This document shows positions 1 to 10,045 of a stretch of 64,000 nucleotides of DNA, piece by piece; position 1 is the stretch's first letter, and each line of letters begins with the position of its first letter. The position numbers and the translations under genes were made by a program. The stretch covers positions 3,072,001-3,136,000 of the forward strand of contig OZ242214.1 in assembly GCA_965206595.1 (NCBI GenBank), read 5' to 3'. This stretch comes from Candidatus Latescibacterota bacterium. Lineage in GTDB: Bacteria; Latescibacterota; UBA2968; UBA8231. The notes under the pieces were generated by a model that ran no database searches, was not told the DNA's origin, and was given only the letters and a program-made list of their open reading frames with translations.

Positions 1-1
1 C

Positions 2-169
2 GGGCAGCTGGTACGCACCCTGGTGAACGAAGTCCAGCCCGCCGGCTCCCACCAGGCCGGCTGGGACGCCCGCGACCGGCATGGCGCGCCGGTGGCCGCG
101 GGAGTCTACCTGGCGCGCCTGCAGTACCCCCACCGAGTGGAGACGCGGCGGCTCCTCTACCTCGAGTAA
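2..169 (+). CDS. 3' end of a secreted protein with FlgD-Ig/T9SS-like C-terminal sorting domain (partial)
   Basis: Frame from nt 2 reads GQLVRTLVNEVQPAGSHQAGWDARDRHGAPVAAGVYLARL...RRLLYLE*, the typical FlgD-like tail (LVRTLV..G.H...WD.RD..G..VA.GVY..RL). Not in the ORF track. Confidence 0.8.
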   Translation, partial: GQLVRTLVNEVQPAGSHQAGWDARDRHGAPVAAGVYLARLQYPHRVETRRLLYLE

Positions 170-362
170 GGACGTGGCGCCGCCAGCGGTCTGCAGCAAA
201 AGGGGCCAGCACCCCGCGCGATCCCGCAAGCCCTTGCCGCGCTTTCCGGCTGCCCGGTCCCAACGAGGGCCGCCGGGAGTGCCTTCCGGCACCCCGCTCC
301 TCGGCAGGGCCTCATCACCTCCCCGCTCTCACTCCCGGACCACCCTTCGGAAAAGGCCGACG

Positions 363-2192
363 TCAGCGCAGGCGCAGGCGGGCGACCAAGGGGTCGTGGT
401 CGCTGGGGGCGCCGGAGAACTCGCAGTTGAGGTGGACGACCCCGAACCGCCGCCCGAGGTCGAGCAGGGCGCGGCTGGCCAGCATGTGATCGAGCTCCTG
501 GGAGTTCCCCTCGTAGATGTAGGAGTAGCGCTCGGCGGCAGGCAGGCCGTCGGCGAGATTGAACAGCAGCTGCGGTCCGCCGCCGTAAGTGCCCTCCAGG
601 ATGGCCATGGGGGCGCCGAACCGGAACTCGTTGAAGTCGCCCAGCAGCACGATCCTCGCCTCTGGGTCCGCAGCCAGCAGGCCGTCGACGTGGGCTTTGA
701 GGAATTCGGCCTGGGCCACGCGCTTGTCCAGGCCTCCGATGGATGGCGGCTGCAGCGCCCCGAACAGCGGCGACGAGCCGCCCCTGGAGGTGAGGTGATT
801 GTTTATCAGGACGATCCGTTCGCCGGCGAACCGGAAGGTGGCCTGCAGGGGCGTGCGCGCGCGCTCGAAGGCATCCTCGCCGTCGCCGTCCTCGAGGCGG
901 AGGGGCTGGCCGATCAGCTCCACCCTGCCGGCATTGTAGAGAAAGCAGACGCGGATGTTGCCGCCGGGCTGGCCGCCGTCCTTCCCGTCGGCTGGGGGGT
1001 TGTCGATCGCGGAATAAGCCGGACCACCGGCGCCCGCAATGGCGTCGATCAGAGTCCGCAGGGTGCGGTCGGCCGCGGTTTTTCCGTCGTCCTCCGAACC
1101 GCTGTTGTCCTGCACCTCCTGCAGGGCGAGGATGTCCGGGCTGTTCAGGCTGCCGACGATCTGTGCGGCGAGGGCGGCGAAGCGCCCGTCCGCGATATCT
1201 GCGTCCCCGTCGCCATCGTTGGGATCGAGGTTGAGCAGGTTGAAGGAGGCGATCAGCAGATGGCTGGAGTCCCCGGCGAGGGTGGTGCCCTCCGGTTCCA
1301 GGGAGCCGGGAACCGGGGTGGGCGCCGTCGAGGGCAGCACCTCGAAATTGCCGAAACGGTAGCCGACCACCCCGGTGACGTCCCCCAGCCTGTCGCCGGT
1401 GTCGACCTCCGGCATCGATCCGGGCATCAGGCTGTCGTCGATCTGCAGGCGCTCCGGGTTGAAGTCGCCCGGGGAAAGGGTGAGGCCGCCGCGGCGGTTG
1501 CGGCCGCTGGCGCCGGCTCCGCGGTCGGCCAAAACGTAGATCTCGCCGAAGCGGGTGGTCGGTGCCACCGCCCGGGCCGCGGCGATGGTCACCCGCATGC
1601 TTTCGAGGCTCTCGTAGAAGTCGATGCCGTCGAAGACCGGGTCGAAATGTGAAAAGCCGTCGTCGTCGATGATTACCGCGGGAGGCCGGCGGCCGGAAGC
1701 CCCGACGACGACAGGGGGCGGCAGCGGGTTCCCCGACGAGGCCACGGAAACCGAGGGAGATCCGCCGACCTGGGTGACGGACAGGTTGTTGGTGCGGGCG
1801 CCGCCGGGAACGTATTCCCCGACCTTGCCGGCGACCGAGACCGCGTCCCCCGCGGCGACCCCGGGTTTCTTCCGGGTGTAGACGAAGATGCCGTCGGAGG
1901 TGAGGTCGTCCCCGTCGCCGGCGGCATCCTGCAGGTAGAAGCCGTTGGGCGCAACGGCCGTGACGATTCCCGAGGTCCGCACCCTGGCCCCGAGGTGCGG
2001 GGAGACGTGACCTGCCCCCTGGATCTCCCAGACAGCCAGCTCGCCTGCACGCGCCTTCGTTCGGCTGCCCGCGGCCGCAAAGACAGGATCGGTCCGGCCG
2101 GATGCGTCCGCGGCTCGCGCTTGCCCGGTTACGGGCAGGTTCCAGCCGAGCCACGCCGCTGCCAGCACCATCCCGGCGATTCGCCTTGGCAT
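363..2192 (-). CDS. Secreted endonuclease/exonuclease/phosphatase family nuclease with OB folds (ExeM/NucH/YhcR-like)
   Basis: IQGAGHVSP, GFYLQD, FYESLESMRV, ASFNLLNL, LQEVQD, GDFNE and SDHDP motifs; signal-like N-terminus from MPRRIAG. Start codon uncertain. Confidence 0.85.
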   Translation of the reverse strand: MPRRIAGMVLAAAWLGWNLPVTGQARAADASGRTDPVFAAAGSRTKARAGELAVWEIQGAGHVSPHLGARVRTSGIVTAVAPNGFYLQDAAGDGDDLTSDGIFVYTRKKPGVAAGDAVSVAGKVGEYVPGGARTNNLSVTQVGGSPSVSVASSGNPLPPPVVVGASGRRPPAVIIDDDGFSHFDPVFDGIDFYESLESMRVTIAAARAVAPTTRFGEIYVLADRGAGASGRNRRGGLTLSPGDFNPERLQIDDSLMPGSMPEVDTGDRLGDVTGVVGYRFGNFEVLPSTAPTPVPGSLEPEGTTLAGDSSHLLIASFNLLNLDPNDGDGDADIADGRFAALAAQIVGSLNSPDILALQEVQDNSGSEDDGKTAADRTLRTLIDAIAGAGGPAYSAIDNPPADGKDGGQPGGNIRVCFLYNAGRVELIGQPLRLEDGDGEDAFERARTPLQATFRFAGERIVLINNHLTSRGGSSPLFGALQPPSIGGLDKRVAQAEFLKAHVDGLLAADPEARIVLLGDFNEFRFGAPMAILEGTYGGGPQLLFNLADGLPAAERYSYIYEGNSQELDHMLASRALLDLGRRFGVVHLNCEFSGAPSDHDPLVARLRLR

Positions 2193-2386
2193 ACAGGCTT
2201 CCATTTCCTCAGCCTCCATCGCAGGAACCAATTGGAAGGAAGGGGGTCCCCCAAAGTGGCAGGATCTGGGAGCCCCAATAGATTCTGGTTCCGGTTCCAC
2301 CCCGGTCTGCCGACTCCGTGGAATTCATCGAGGCGGCCGACCGGAACGGACAGGAACCCCACATCCGACCCTGAAAAGGAGAACAG

Positions 2387-4222
2387 ATGACGATTCGATT
2401 TGCCCTGATCGCGCTCGCGATTTCCCTCTGGTCCTGTGGAGACGATGACGACGCTCCACCGGCCGCTCCGGAAGAAACGGTGCTGCGCCCGAGCGGGGAA
2501 CTGATGCCCTGGGATCTTTCCGCCGTCGTGCCGATCGACTCGGTCCGCGCCATTCCCACGGGCACCCCCCTGTACATGCGCACCGAGTTCGCCAACGGCG
2601 AGCTCGCCGACCTCGAGATGCTCTTCGTCCAGGTGGTCGACGACTTCATGCAGCCCATGCCCGTCATCATGGTGGAATCCTCGGACCCGGTCCTGATCCA
2701 GCTCGGGGGCATCGCCCGGGGCATGAGCGGCTCCCCCGTCTTTTCCGAGCAGGGCACCATGGGCGCCATCGCCTATGGATTCTCTTCCCAGGACAACCCG
2801 CCCTACTACTTCTTCGCCACGCCCATTGAATGGGTGATCGGCTCGCAGGGAACGGTGCCCGCGGCCAAACCCGCGGCCACGTGGGACGGGGCCCGTATCA
2901 CCCCCCTGGAGATCCCCCTGGTGAGCACGGGACTCCACGGTCCGCAGCCGGGGGGAGGGGGTTTGTTTCCCTTGGGTGAGGCCGTCTCCGCGGGGCTGAC
3001 CCAGGAGCGCCAGGAGAGCTTCGAGGCCGGCAGGCCCCTGGCCGTCGGTCTGCTGCTCGGTGAAACCACCAGAGGTTCGATCGGAACCATATCGTACGTC
3101 GACGGCAACCGGATATACGGATTCGGGCATCCATTTTTCGGTGTTGGTCCGGTAGAGCTTCCCATAATCGAGGCAAAGGTGCTCGGTGAAATCTCCAACC
3201 TCTCGGCTCCCTTCAAGTTCGCGACCCTGAACCCGACGGTGCGGGGAACCATAACCGAAGACCGGTTGCCCGCGGTTCGCGGCATGCTCGACCAGGAGCC
3301 GGAGTTGGTACCGATCAGCAGCATGTACACCTTTCCATCCGGGAGCCAGCTCGAGCTGACCCACCATATGCCCACGGTCGGTCTCGACTCGTATACCACC
3401 CTCAGTCTCGCCACTTCTGCTTCTTTCAGCCCTCTGTACAACAGGGTCGACGACGATCCGGACCACAGTGTTCGCGTCACGACGAATTTCTCCTTCGCCG
3501 GCTCCGACTCGGTGCTTGCCCGCACCCGCCTCTACGCGGAGCCGGATGGACGACTTTTCTCCCTGATCGGCGCTGCCTCGGGCGATTTGTCGTTCGCACT
3601 CTCCGAGCTGATGACGAGAAACGATTACGCCTTGCAGGTGGCCGAGGCCGAGGTCCACATCGAGATGATACCGGAGCCCCGCTTCGCCAAGGTGGTGGAA
3701 GTCTCCGCGGACACCGTGGCCGGCCTGGGAAGCACGCTGGCCATTACCGCTTCCCTGCGCGTGGGCCGGCGCGCCGACCGGGAAATCGGGCTGGAGCTCG
3801 CCATACCGGATACGATCCCCCCCGGCTTCTACCTGCTCGAGGTCGCTTCCGCGGCCAACCTGGTGGATGACGAGGGAGGGGATTTCGGGTTCTTCGGACC
3901 GCCGGGATTCGGTTTCGGAGACGAGGAAAAGCTCGAGGATGTTTTTGCCCGCCTGAACGAACCGGACGAAAACATCGTCCTGAAGGCCCGCCTGACGTTT
4001 TCCGCGCCGCCGCCTCCCCCGGAAATACCCGAGGGTGAACCCGGCTCGGAGGGAGAGGCTCCCGGCGATGTTCCCGACACCGGACCGGGCGACATCTGGT
4101 TCTTCGGAGATTTCTTTCCTCCCGACGGCTCCCTGCCAACTGCTTCCACGGAGCAGGAGGTGGGTCTGTATCTCGAGGGGACCCAGAGTATCGAGATCGA
4201 ACTGACGGTGGCGGAAGAGTAA
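2387..4222 (+). CDS. SpoIVB peptidase S55 domain lipoprotein
   Basis: Lipobox-like LWSC; GGIARGMSGSPV (catalytic Ser); IYGFGHPF; RBS AAGGAGA upstream. Confidence 0.8.
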   Translation: MTIRFALIALAISLWSCGDDDDAPPAAPEETVLRPSGELMPWDLSAVVPIDSVRAIPTGTPLYMRTEFANGELADLEMLFVQVVDDFMQPMPVIMVESSDPVLIQLGGIARGMSGSPVFSEQGTMGAIAYGFSSQDNPPYYFFATPIEWVIGSQGTVPAAKPAATWDGARITPLEIPLVSTGLHGPQPGGGGLFPLGEAVSAGLTQERQESFEAGRPLAVGLLLGETTRGSIGTISYVDGNRIYGFGHPFFGVGPVELPIIEAKVLGEISNLSAPFKFATLNPTVRGTITEDRLPAVRGMLDQEPELVPISSMYTFPSGSQLELTHHMPTVGLDSYTTLSLATSASFSPLYNRVDDDPDHSVRVTTNFSFAGSDSVLARTRLYAEPDGRLFSLIGAASGDLSFALSELMTRNDYALQVAEAEVHIEMIPEPRFAKVVEVSADTVAGLGSTLAITASLRVGRRADREIGLELAIPDTIPPGFYLLEVASAANLVDDEGGDFGFFGPPGFGFGDEEKLEDVFARLNEPDENIVLKARLTFSAPPPPPEIPEGEPGSEGEAPGDVPDTGPGDIWFFGDFFPPDGSLPTASTEQEVGLYLEGTQSIEIELTVAEE

Positions 4223-4234
4223 CGGCACGAGGCA

Positions 4235-4273
4235 CCGGGGCCGGTGGGGGGACGAAACTCCCGCCGGCCCCGG
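4235..4273. terminator. GC-rich hairpin between convergent genes
   Basis: CCGGGGCCGG...CCGGCCCCGG inverted repeat just after the S55 stop codon; no U-tract. Confidence 0.4.
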
Positions 4274-4414
4274 GCCATCGGGCCGGCAGTACTGATCGGG
4301 AACGACGCGGAAGGTCCGGCGCAGCCGCCGGGTTTTGCGGGGATCAGAGACCCGCTTCGGGGCAGGTTCCTCACTGATGCCGCGCTGGTTATCCCTCAAG
4401 CCATCCCTGACCAA

Positions 4415-7400
4415 CTACTGCGGCCCCGCATCGCCGAACCGGGTTCGGATGAACTCCCTGGTGTCGTCGGGTGAAAGCTTCACGGTTCCCGGGCCGCTGC
4501 GCACGAAGAAGTCGCCCCCCTCCTCCTTCTCCACCCCCTTCCACCTGAGGAACACCGGTTCCGGGCTGCGCTGGCAGCTCACCACGCAGACCCCCTTGCT
4601 GTCGACGATCTGAATCTCCGGATCGATGCAGGTCCCGGCGCGGTCGCCCAAACCGTTGCGCACCACCTGGGCGAGATGGCGCATGAACTTGTCGTCGTTG
4701 TCGAGCCGGTCCCGTTCGATCCCGACGACGGCTCCATCGTCTGCCACCCCCAATAGGAGATCCCCTCCCTCGGTATTGAGGAAAGCCGCGATGGTTTTCA
4801 GCGCGGCGTGGGTCACGCGCTTGTCGTCCTTGCGGTCCTCCACCAGGTTCCAGCGCAGCGTGGACTTGAACTCCAGGGTCTTCGACTCACCCCTCTTGAT
4901 CAGCTCTTCGGCGCTGCGGTGGCTGTGGAGGTACTGGTCGAAGAGCAGATCCCTGATCACCTCTCCAAAGGCCCGGTCGTCGGTGATCCGCTTGTAGAGA
5001 TCGAAATTGGAATCGACGATCTCCTGGATCACCTGGCTCACCTTGTGATCGAAGGTCAGCCGCACGTTGTCGCGCGTGTTCACCCGCGCCGCGGCGTCGA
5101 GGGCGGGGTCCCCTTCGAGCTTCTCCATCATCTGCCCGAGAGTGACGCGGTGCTCGGGCCCGAGCTCGAGCCCGAAGCGCTCGTTCAGCTCGGCGATGAT
5201 GCGCGAAAGCGTCTCCATCTCTTCCGGCGCATGTCCGTGCGCCTCCTTGGTGCCGATGGGGTCGAGCACCCCTGCCTTGCGTTCGAGACCGATCTTGCCG
5301 CTGCCGGTCTCCTGAATCCGGAAGGATTCCATGTCGATGTTCTGCTGCACTTCGAGCGGCAGCTCGGCCCGCTCCGGGCGCAACAGGCGAAGCAGGTGCC
5401 TGGCGAAGACGTAGAGCTTCTCCAGGTCGGAATCCGAGAAAGGCAGCACCTGGGACAGAAACGCGTAGAGCCGCACGTAGTCGGTGAGCTGCCCCCGGAA
5501 ATCCTGCCGCTCTTCCTCGTGCAGCTCGTTGAAGCGCTCGACGACCGGATTCAGCAGCGGCTGCAGCTGGTCCTGCCCCGCCTTGCCGCCGAAATAGAGC
5601 CTGGCGAAGCCGTCGACGTCGGCCTGAGCATAGACCGGGAAAGCGGTCAGACGCGTCTGGATTTCGTAGAGCAGGTTGGGATCGGTCTCTTCCGAAAGCA
5701 GGGTGGTCTCGTAGTAGGGCTCGAAGGCGGCCTTGATCCCGTCCGGCTCGTTGGCGAAGTCGAGCACCATGGTGCCCTGCTTTCCTTCCTTTGTGCGGTT
5801 GAGCCGCGACAGGGTTTGCACCGCGTTCACGCCGCCGAGCTTCTTGTCGACGTACATCGTGTGCAGCAGCGGCTGGTCGAACCCGGTCTGGAACTTGTTG
5901 GCGACGATCAGGAAGCGGTAGTCCGGCCCTTCGAAGGTTTTGGCAGTCTGCGCCTCTGAGACCTTGTTCATATTGGCTTCGGTATATGCGGGATCACCGC
6001 CATCCTTGACGGACCCGGAGAAGGCAACCAGCGCCTTGAACGGATTCCCCAGCTCCTCGAGATGCCGGTCCACCGCCAGCTTGTAGCGCACCGCGTGCAG
6101 GCGCGAGCGGGTGACGATCATCGCCTTGGCCCTGCCGCCGATCTGGCTCTGCACCTGCCCGGTGAAGTGCTCGATCACGATGCGCACCTTCTCGTCGATG
6201 GCGTGCGGGTGCAGGTCGACATAGGACTTGAGCAGACATGCGGCTTTCTGCTTGTCGTAGCGCGGATCATCCTCAACCGTCTTCAACAGCCGCCAGTAGG
6301 CCTTGCAGGTGGTGTAGCTCTCCAGGACGTCGAGGATGAACCTCTCCTCGATGGCCTGGCGCATGCTGTAGAGGTGGAACGGCGCGAACGAGCCGTCGGG
6401 TCGCTTCGTTCCGAACAGCTCCAGCGTCTTGGGCTTGGGCGTCGCCGTGAAGGCGAAGGTCGACAGATTGGGCAGCCGCCCGCGCTTTTCCATCTCCGCA
6501 AGGATCGCGTTCTCCAGCTCCTCTTCTGGGGTCTCGGCCCCGGATTCCTCGCTCTCGGCCTCTTCGAGCGAAGCTGGGGCCAGCACCGACTTCAGGCTCT
6601 TCGTGCTCTCCCCCGACTGCGACGAGTGCGCCTCGTCTACGATCAGCGCGAACCGCTTGCCCGGCAGATCGTCGATCTGTCCGGCGATCACCGGGAACTT
6701 CTGCAGCGTGGTGACGATGATGGTCTTGCCCCCCTCGAGGGCATCCCTGAGCTGGCGCGAGGTGGTGTCGATGTTCTCCACCACCCCCAGGGTCTGCTCG
6801 AACTGGCGCATGGTGCTCTGCAGGGCGCGGTCGAGCACGCGGCGGTCGGTGATGACCACGATCGAGTCGAAGACGCGGCGGTCGTCAGCGTCGTGCAGGG
6901 TCGAGAGCTGGTGGGCGAGCCAGGCGATGGTATAGCTCTTGCCGCTCCCGGCCGAGTGCTGGATGAGATACTGCTGCCCACCCCGTTCTCGCGGGCATCG
7001 GCGACGAGCCGGCGCACGCAGTCGAGCTGCTGGTAGCGCGGGAAGATCAGGGATTTCCTGCCGGTCTTGCGGCCGGTCTCGTCCTCTTCTTCGACTTCAT
7101 GGATGAACTGGCGCACCAGGTCGAGGACGCTGTCGCGCGCCCAGGTCTCTTCCCAGAGATAGGAGGTGGCGTACCCGGTCTGCGTGGGCGGCACCGGCGG
7201 GTTGCCGGCGCCTCCGAACTTGCCCCGATTGAAAGGGAGGAAGCGGGTCCCGGCGCCGTCGAGATGGGTGGCGACGTAGACCAGGTCGGCGTCCACGGCG
7301 AAGTGTCCGAGGCAGCGGCCGTATGCCAGCAGCGGCTCGCGGGGATCGCGGTCGGTCCGGTACTGGCGGATCGCGTCCTCGACGGTCTGGCCGCTGAGCG

Positions 7401-7947
7401 GGTTCTTGAGCTCCGCGGTGAACAGGGGGATACCGTTCAGGAACAGCACCAGGTCGAGGCTCTTCTCGTTTTTGAGGCTGTAGCGGACCTGGCGGACAAC
7501 GGCGAAGAAGTTCGCCGCGTGCAGCCGCCGCGTCTCCTCGTTGAGCCCGCTGGCCGGGGCGAAATAGACGAGCCGGAAGCTGCAGCCCATGTCCTTCACC
7601 CCGGAGCGCAGCACGTCGAGGGCGCCGCGTCTCGCGATCTCCGACGACAACCGTTTGAGGAACCGCTCCTGCACCTGGACCCCGTAGTGTTCGGACAGCC
7701 TCTGCCACTGCTTCGGCTGCGTAGCCAGCAGGAAGTCCACGACGTCGCGGGGCAACAGGCACAAGGTTCGGTCGTAGTCCCGGGGCAGGCGCTGGTGATA
7801 GCCGCCGGGCTGCATCCCCCGGGCGCCCAGGGAAGGCGTGGGTTCCCCCGCCAGGGCTTCGCCCCCGGGCAGCTCCCCCTCGACCCGGCGCAGCAAGGCC
7901 GCCTCGATGGCGTCCTCGAAGGCTCGTTCCGAGATCTCGGGATTCAC
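4415..7947 (-). pseudogene. hsdR: Type I restriction enzyme R subunit fused to a C-terminal Schlafen/AlbA_2 domain; 1-nt frameshift at ~6977-6979
   Basis: ORF 6688..7947 has the nuclease motif LDLVLFLNGIPLFTAELKN. The shifted frame gives QYLIQHSAGSGKS (Walker A), then IVDEAHSSQ, FTATPK and KFQTGFDQP. The C-terminus reads ESKTLEFKSTL...IAAFLNTEGGDLLLGVADDG. Confidence 0.9.
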
Positions 7948-9125
7948 ATGCCACCTCCCCGGGTTGTCGCGGCTTCAGGGTCCCGTCTCGGGGTGGACGG
8001 GGCATCCAGCACCTCTAGCACGGCGGGCGCGCAATAAATCCGATTGCGCTTCGCCTCCCCGACCAGGGTGACGATGCCTGCCGCTTCCAGCCGGTCGACG
8101 GCGCGCCGGGCCGTGGTGTAGGCGACCTCCAGATTCTGGGCAAGGCCGCGTACGGACCAGAAGGGATTCTCGACAAACAGCTCCAGCACCTTCTCCGACT
8201 GCCCGGAATGAACCCCGTCGATTTTCTCCAACCAGCCCTGAAACAGGTCGTCGATGCGTTGGATCCGGCCGACTGCGTCTCCTGCCTGGAGTTCCACCCC
8301 GCGCAGGAAGTACGTCAACCACGCCTCCCACTCCCCGCTTTCCGTCACCCCCTGAAGGCGGGCGTAGTACTCCTCGCGCGTCGCTTCAAAGTAAGCGCTC
8401 AGATAGAGAAGGGGTTCCGGCAGGAGTCCGCGGGCGACGAACAACAGCGAGATGAGCAGGCGACCGACGCGCCCATTGCCGTCGATAAACGGATGGATCG
8501 CCTCGAACTGCGAGTGGACGAGCGCGGCGTGCACCAGGGGAGGCAGGGTGCCGTCGTGAAGGAACTGCTCCCACGCCCCCAGGCAGGCCATCAGCTCGCC
8601 GGGCGGAGGGGGAACGTACCTGGCGTCCTCGAGGCCGCTCCCGGGCGGACCGATCCAGTTCTGGGTGCGTCGAAACTCACCCGGGGTAGCCGTGTCGCCC
8701 CGGACCCCCCGCATCAGACGCTCGTGCAGCTCCCGCACCAGACGCAGGGACAGCGGCAACGTGTTCAGGCGCCTTATCCCGTACTGCAGCGCCAGGACGT
8801 AGTTGGCGACCTCGTGCAGATCCGCTGCATTCCGTTCGACCCCTGCCCCAGCCTGCGCTGCAAGCAGTTCGCCCAGGGTGGCCTGCGTGCCTTCGATGCG
8901 GCTGGAAAGCACCGCTTCCCGGTGGAGGAAGGCCCGGATGAAGAGATGCGGATTGGACACCAGTCTGCCTTCCCCGGCGAGCCGGCCTACCGCCTGGTCG
9001 GCGCGGGAGAGCGCGAGGAGGAGGTCTCCATTCCAAGCAATAGGAAGCGGAAGGGGCGCCGGAACGAAGGCGCGGTACCCGCCCGGGCAGTCGATCAGGC
9101 GACCGGGCTGTGGTTTTGCATCCAT
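7944..9125 (-). CDS. Fic family protein (Fic_N + Fic + C-terminal HTH)
   Basis: Canonical HPFIDGNGRVGR and SSRIEG; overlaps the hsdR start (ATGA). Confidence 0.92.
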   Translation of the reverse strand: MDAKPQPGRLIDCPGGYRAFVPAPLPLPIAWNGDLLLALSRADQAVGRLAGEGRLVSNPHLFIRAFLHREAVLSSRIEGTQATLGELLAAQAGAGVERNAADLHEVANYVLALQYGIRRLNTLPLSLRLVRELHERLMRGVRGDTATPGEFRRTQNWIGPPGSGLEDARYVPPPPGELMACLGAWEQFLHDGTLPPLVHAALVHSQFEAIHPFIDGNGRVGRLLISLLFVARGLLPEPLLYLSAYFEATREEYYARLQGVTESGEWEAWLTYFLRGVELQAGDAVGRIQRIDDLFQGWLEKIDGVHSGQSEKVLELFVENPFWSVRGLAQNLEVAYTTARRAVDRLEAAGIVTLVGEAKRNRIYCAPAVLEVLDAPSTPRRDPEAATTRGGGM

Positions 9126-9144
9126 GCCGATGTTACCGCATTCC

Positions 9145-9207
9145 CTGTTTTCGGGTGCGAAAACAGAAACGGGTTTTATTAGCGCAAATTGCGAATCGCG
9201 CTAATAA
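9145..9207. promoter_or_regulatory. Two inverted repeats upstream of fic (candidate operators)
   Basis: CTGTTTTCG-N4-CGAAAACAG (9145-9166) and TTATTAGCGC-N12-GCGCTAATAA (9176-9207). Confidence 0.5.
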
Positions 9208-9420
9208 CCTAACGGCGGAGGGTAAATGAGGGAAATACCGGTGTTTTTTAGTTGACCCGAAGAAGGAGGACGAGTGACCTCACTTCCCGGTACCGTATCA
9301 GTCTGAAAATTCCATCCGCCCCGGAAAGCCGATTCCATCACCCAGGTTTCCTGGCTAAAGGGTGTGCTGTTTCGCCGCCAATAGTCGCTCTTGGTGGGAG
9401 GTTGATCCACCCCCATCCGC

Positions 9421-9439
9421 GTTATACATGTTGTATAAC
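9421..9439. promoter_or_regulatory. Palindromic operator upstream of the RelBE-like pair
   Basis: GTTATACA-TGT-TGTATAAC, followed by RBS AAGGAGGT and ATG at 9465. Confidence 0.6.
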
Positions 9440-9464
9440 ATCCCACACCAAGGAGGTAGGAATC

Positions 9465-9650
9465 ATGTCCACAGCCAATGGCATCCCTCGGGAGAAGGAC
9501 GAAACAATCGAGTTGCAAAAGATACTCGACGATCCTTCCACGGAGTGGGTGTCCTGGAAGGAAGCAGAAGATGAGCTACGAGAGCTCGATAAACAGGAAA
9601 GCCTTGAAAAGGCTGAAGCAAATCCCCCAGCCCACGAGAGGGCGCATTGA
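9465..9650 (+). CDS. Short acidic putative antitoxin
   Basis: Strong RBS; acidic peptide with ..EWVSWKEAEDEL motif; overlaps a RelE-like gene. Confidence 0.55.
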   Translation: MSTANGIPREKDETIELQKILDDPSTEWVSWKEAEDELRELDKQESLEKAEANPPAHERAH

Positions 9651-9821
9651 AGAGGCCATCAGGGCCATTGAGAAAAATCCTCGTGCTGGCGAAGCCTTAC
9701 GAGGGATTGAATTGGATTTCGAAAGATCAGGATTGGCCAGTTCCGGGTTCTCTACGAAGTGAATGAATCTGAGAAGCTGATCCGAATTGTGAAAATAGAA
9801 CCGCGAGGCTCTTCCTACTGA
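9571..9821 (+). pseudogene. RelE/ParE family toxin, frameshifted near 9700-9715
   Basis: MSYESSINRKALKRLKQIPQPTRGRIEEAIRAIEKNPRAGEALRG, then in a shifted frame GFRKIRIGQFRVLYEVNESEKLIRIVKIEPRGSSY*. Confidence 0.75.
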
Positions 9822-10045
9822 TAGTCGTCTTCTTCGCTCACCCTCTTAGGTCAAATTTTTTCCCAAGTACATCTCCTCTGAACTCGGCTCTTTTCGAGAG
9901 ATCGGGTTTATTTTTTTGCCAGTTCGTCAAATTATCCAAACCAAATCACTGACACATATGCTTGCCATTTTCGTTCTGAATTCGTTGATGTTATCTGAAC
10001 AAATTGCAGATTCAGTTGGAAAACGGAGAAGTTTGTAACATTTTG

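Noticed and set aside
81-2154. Long alternative ORFs (81..1652 +, 157..2154 -) and the many similar Arg/Pro/Gly-rich ORFs throughout the track
   Set aside because: Shadow frames of high-GC coding genes: no motifs, and they overlap well-supported CDSs.
2129-4414. 761-aa minus-strand ORF abutting the hsdR stop
   Set aside because: Antisense to the S55 peptidase, which has an RBS, lipobox and catalytic motif.
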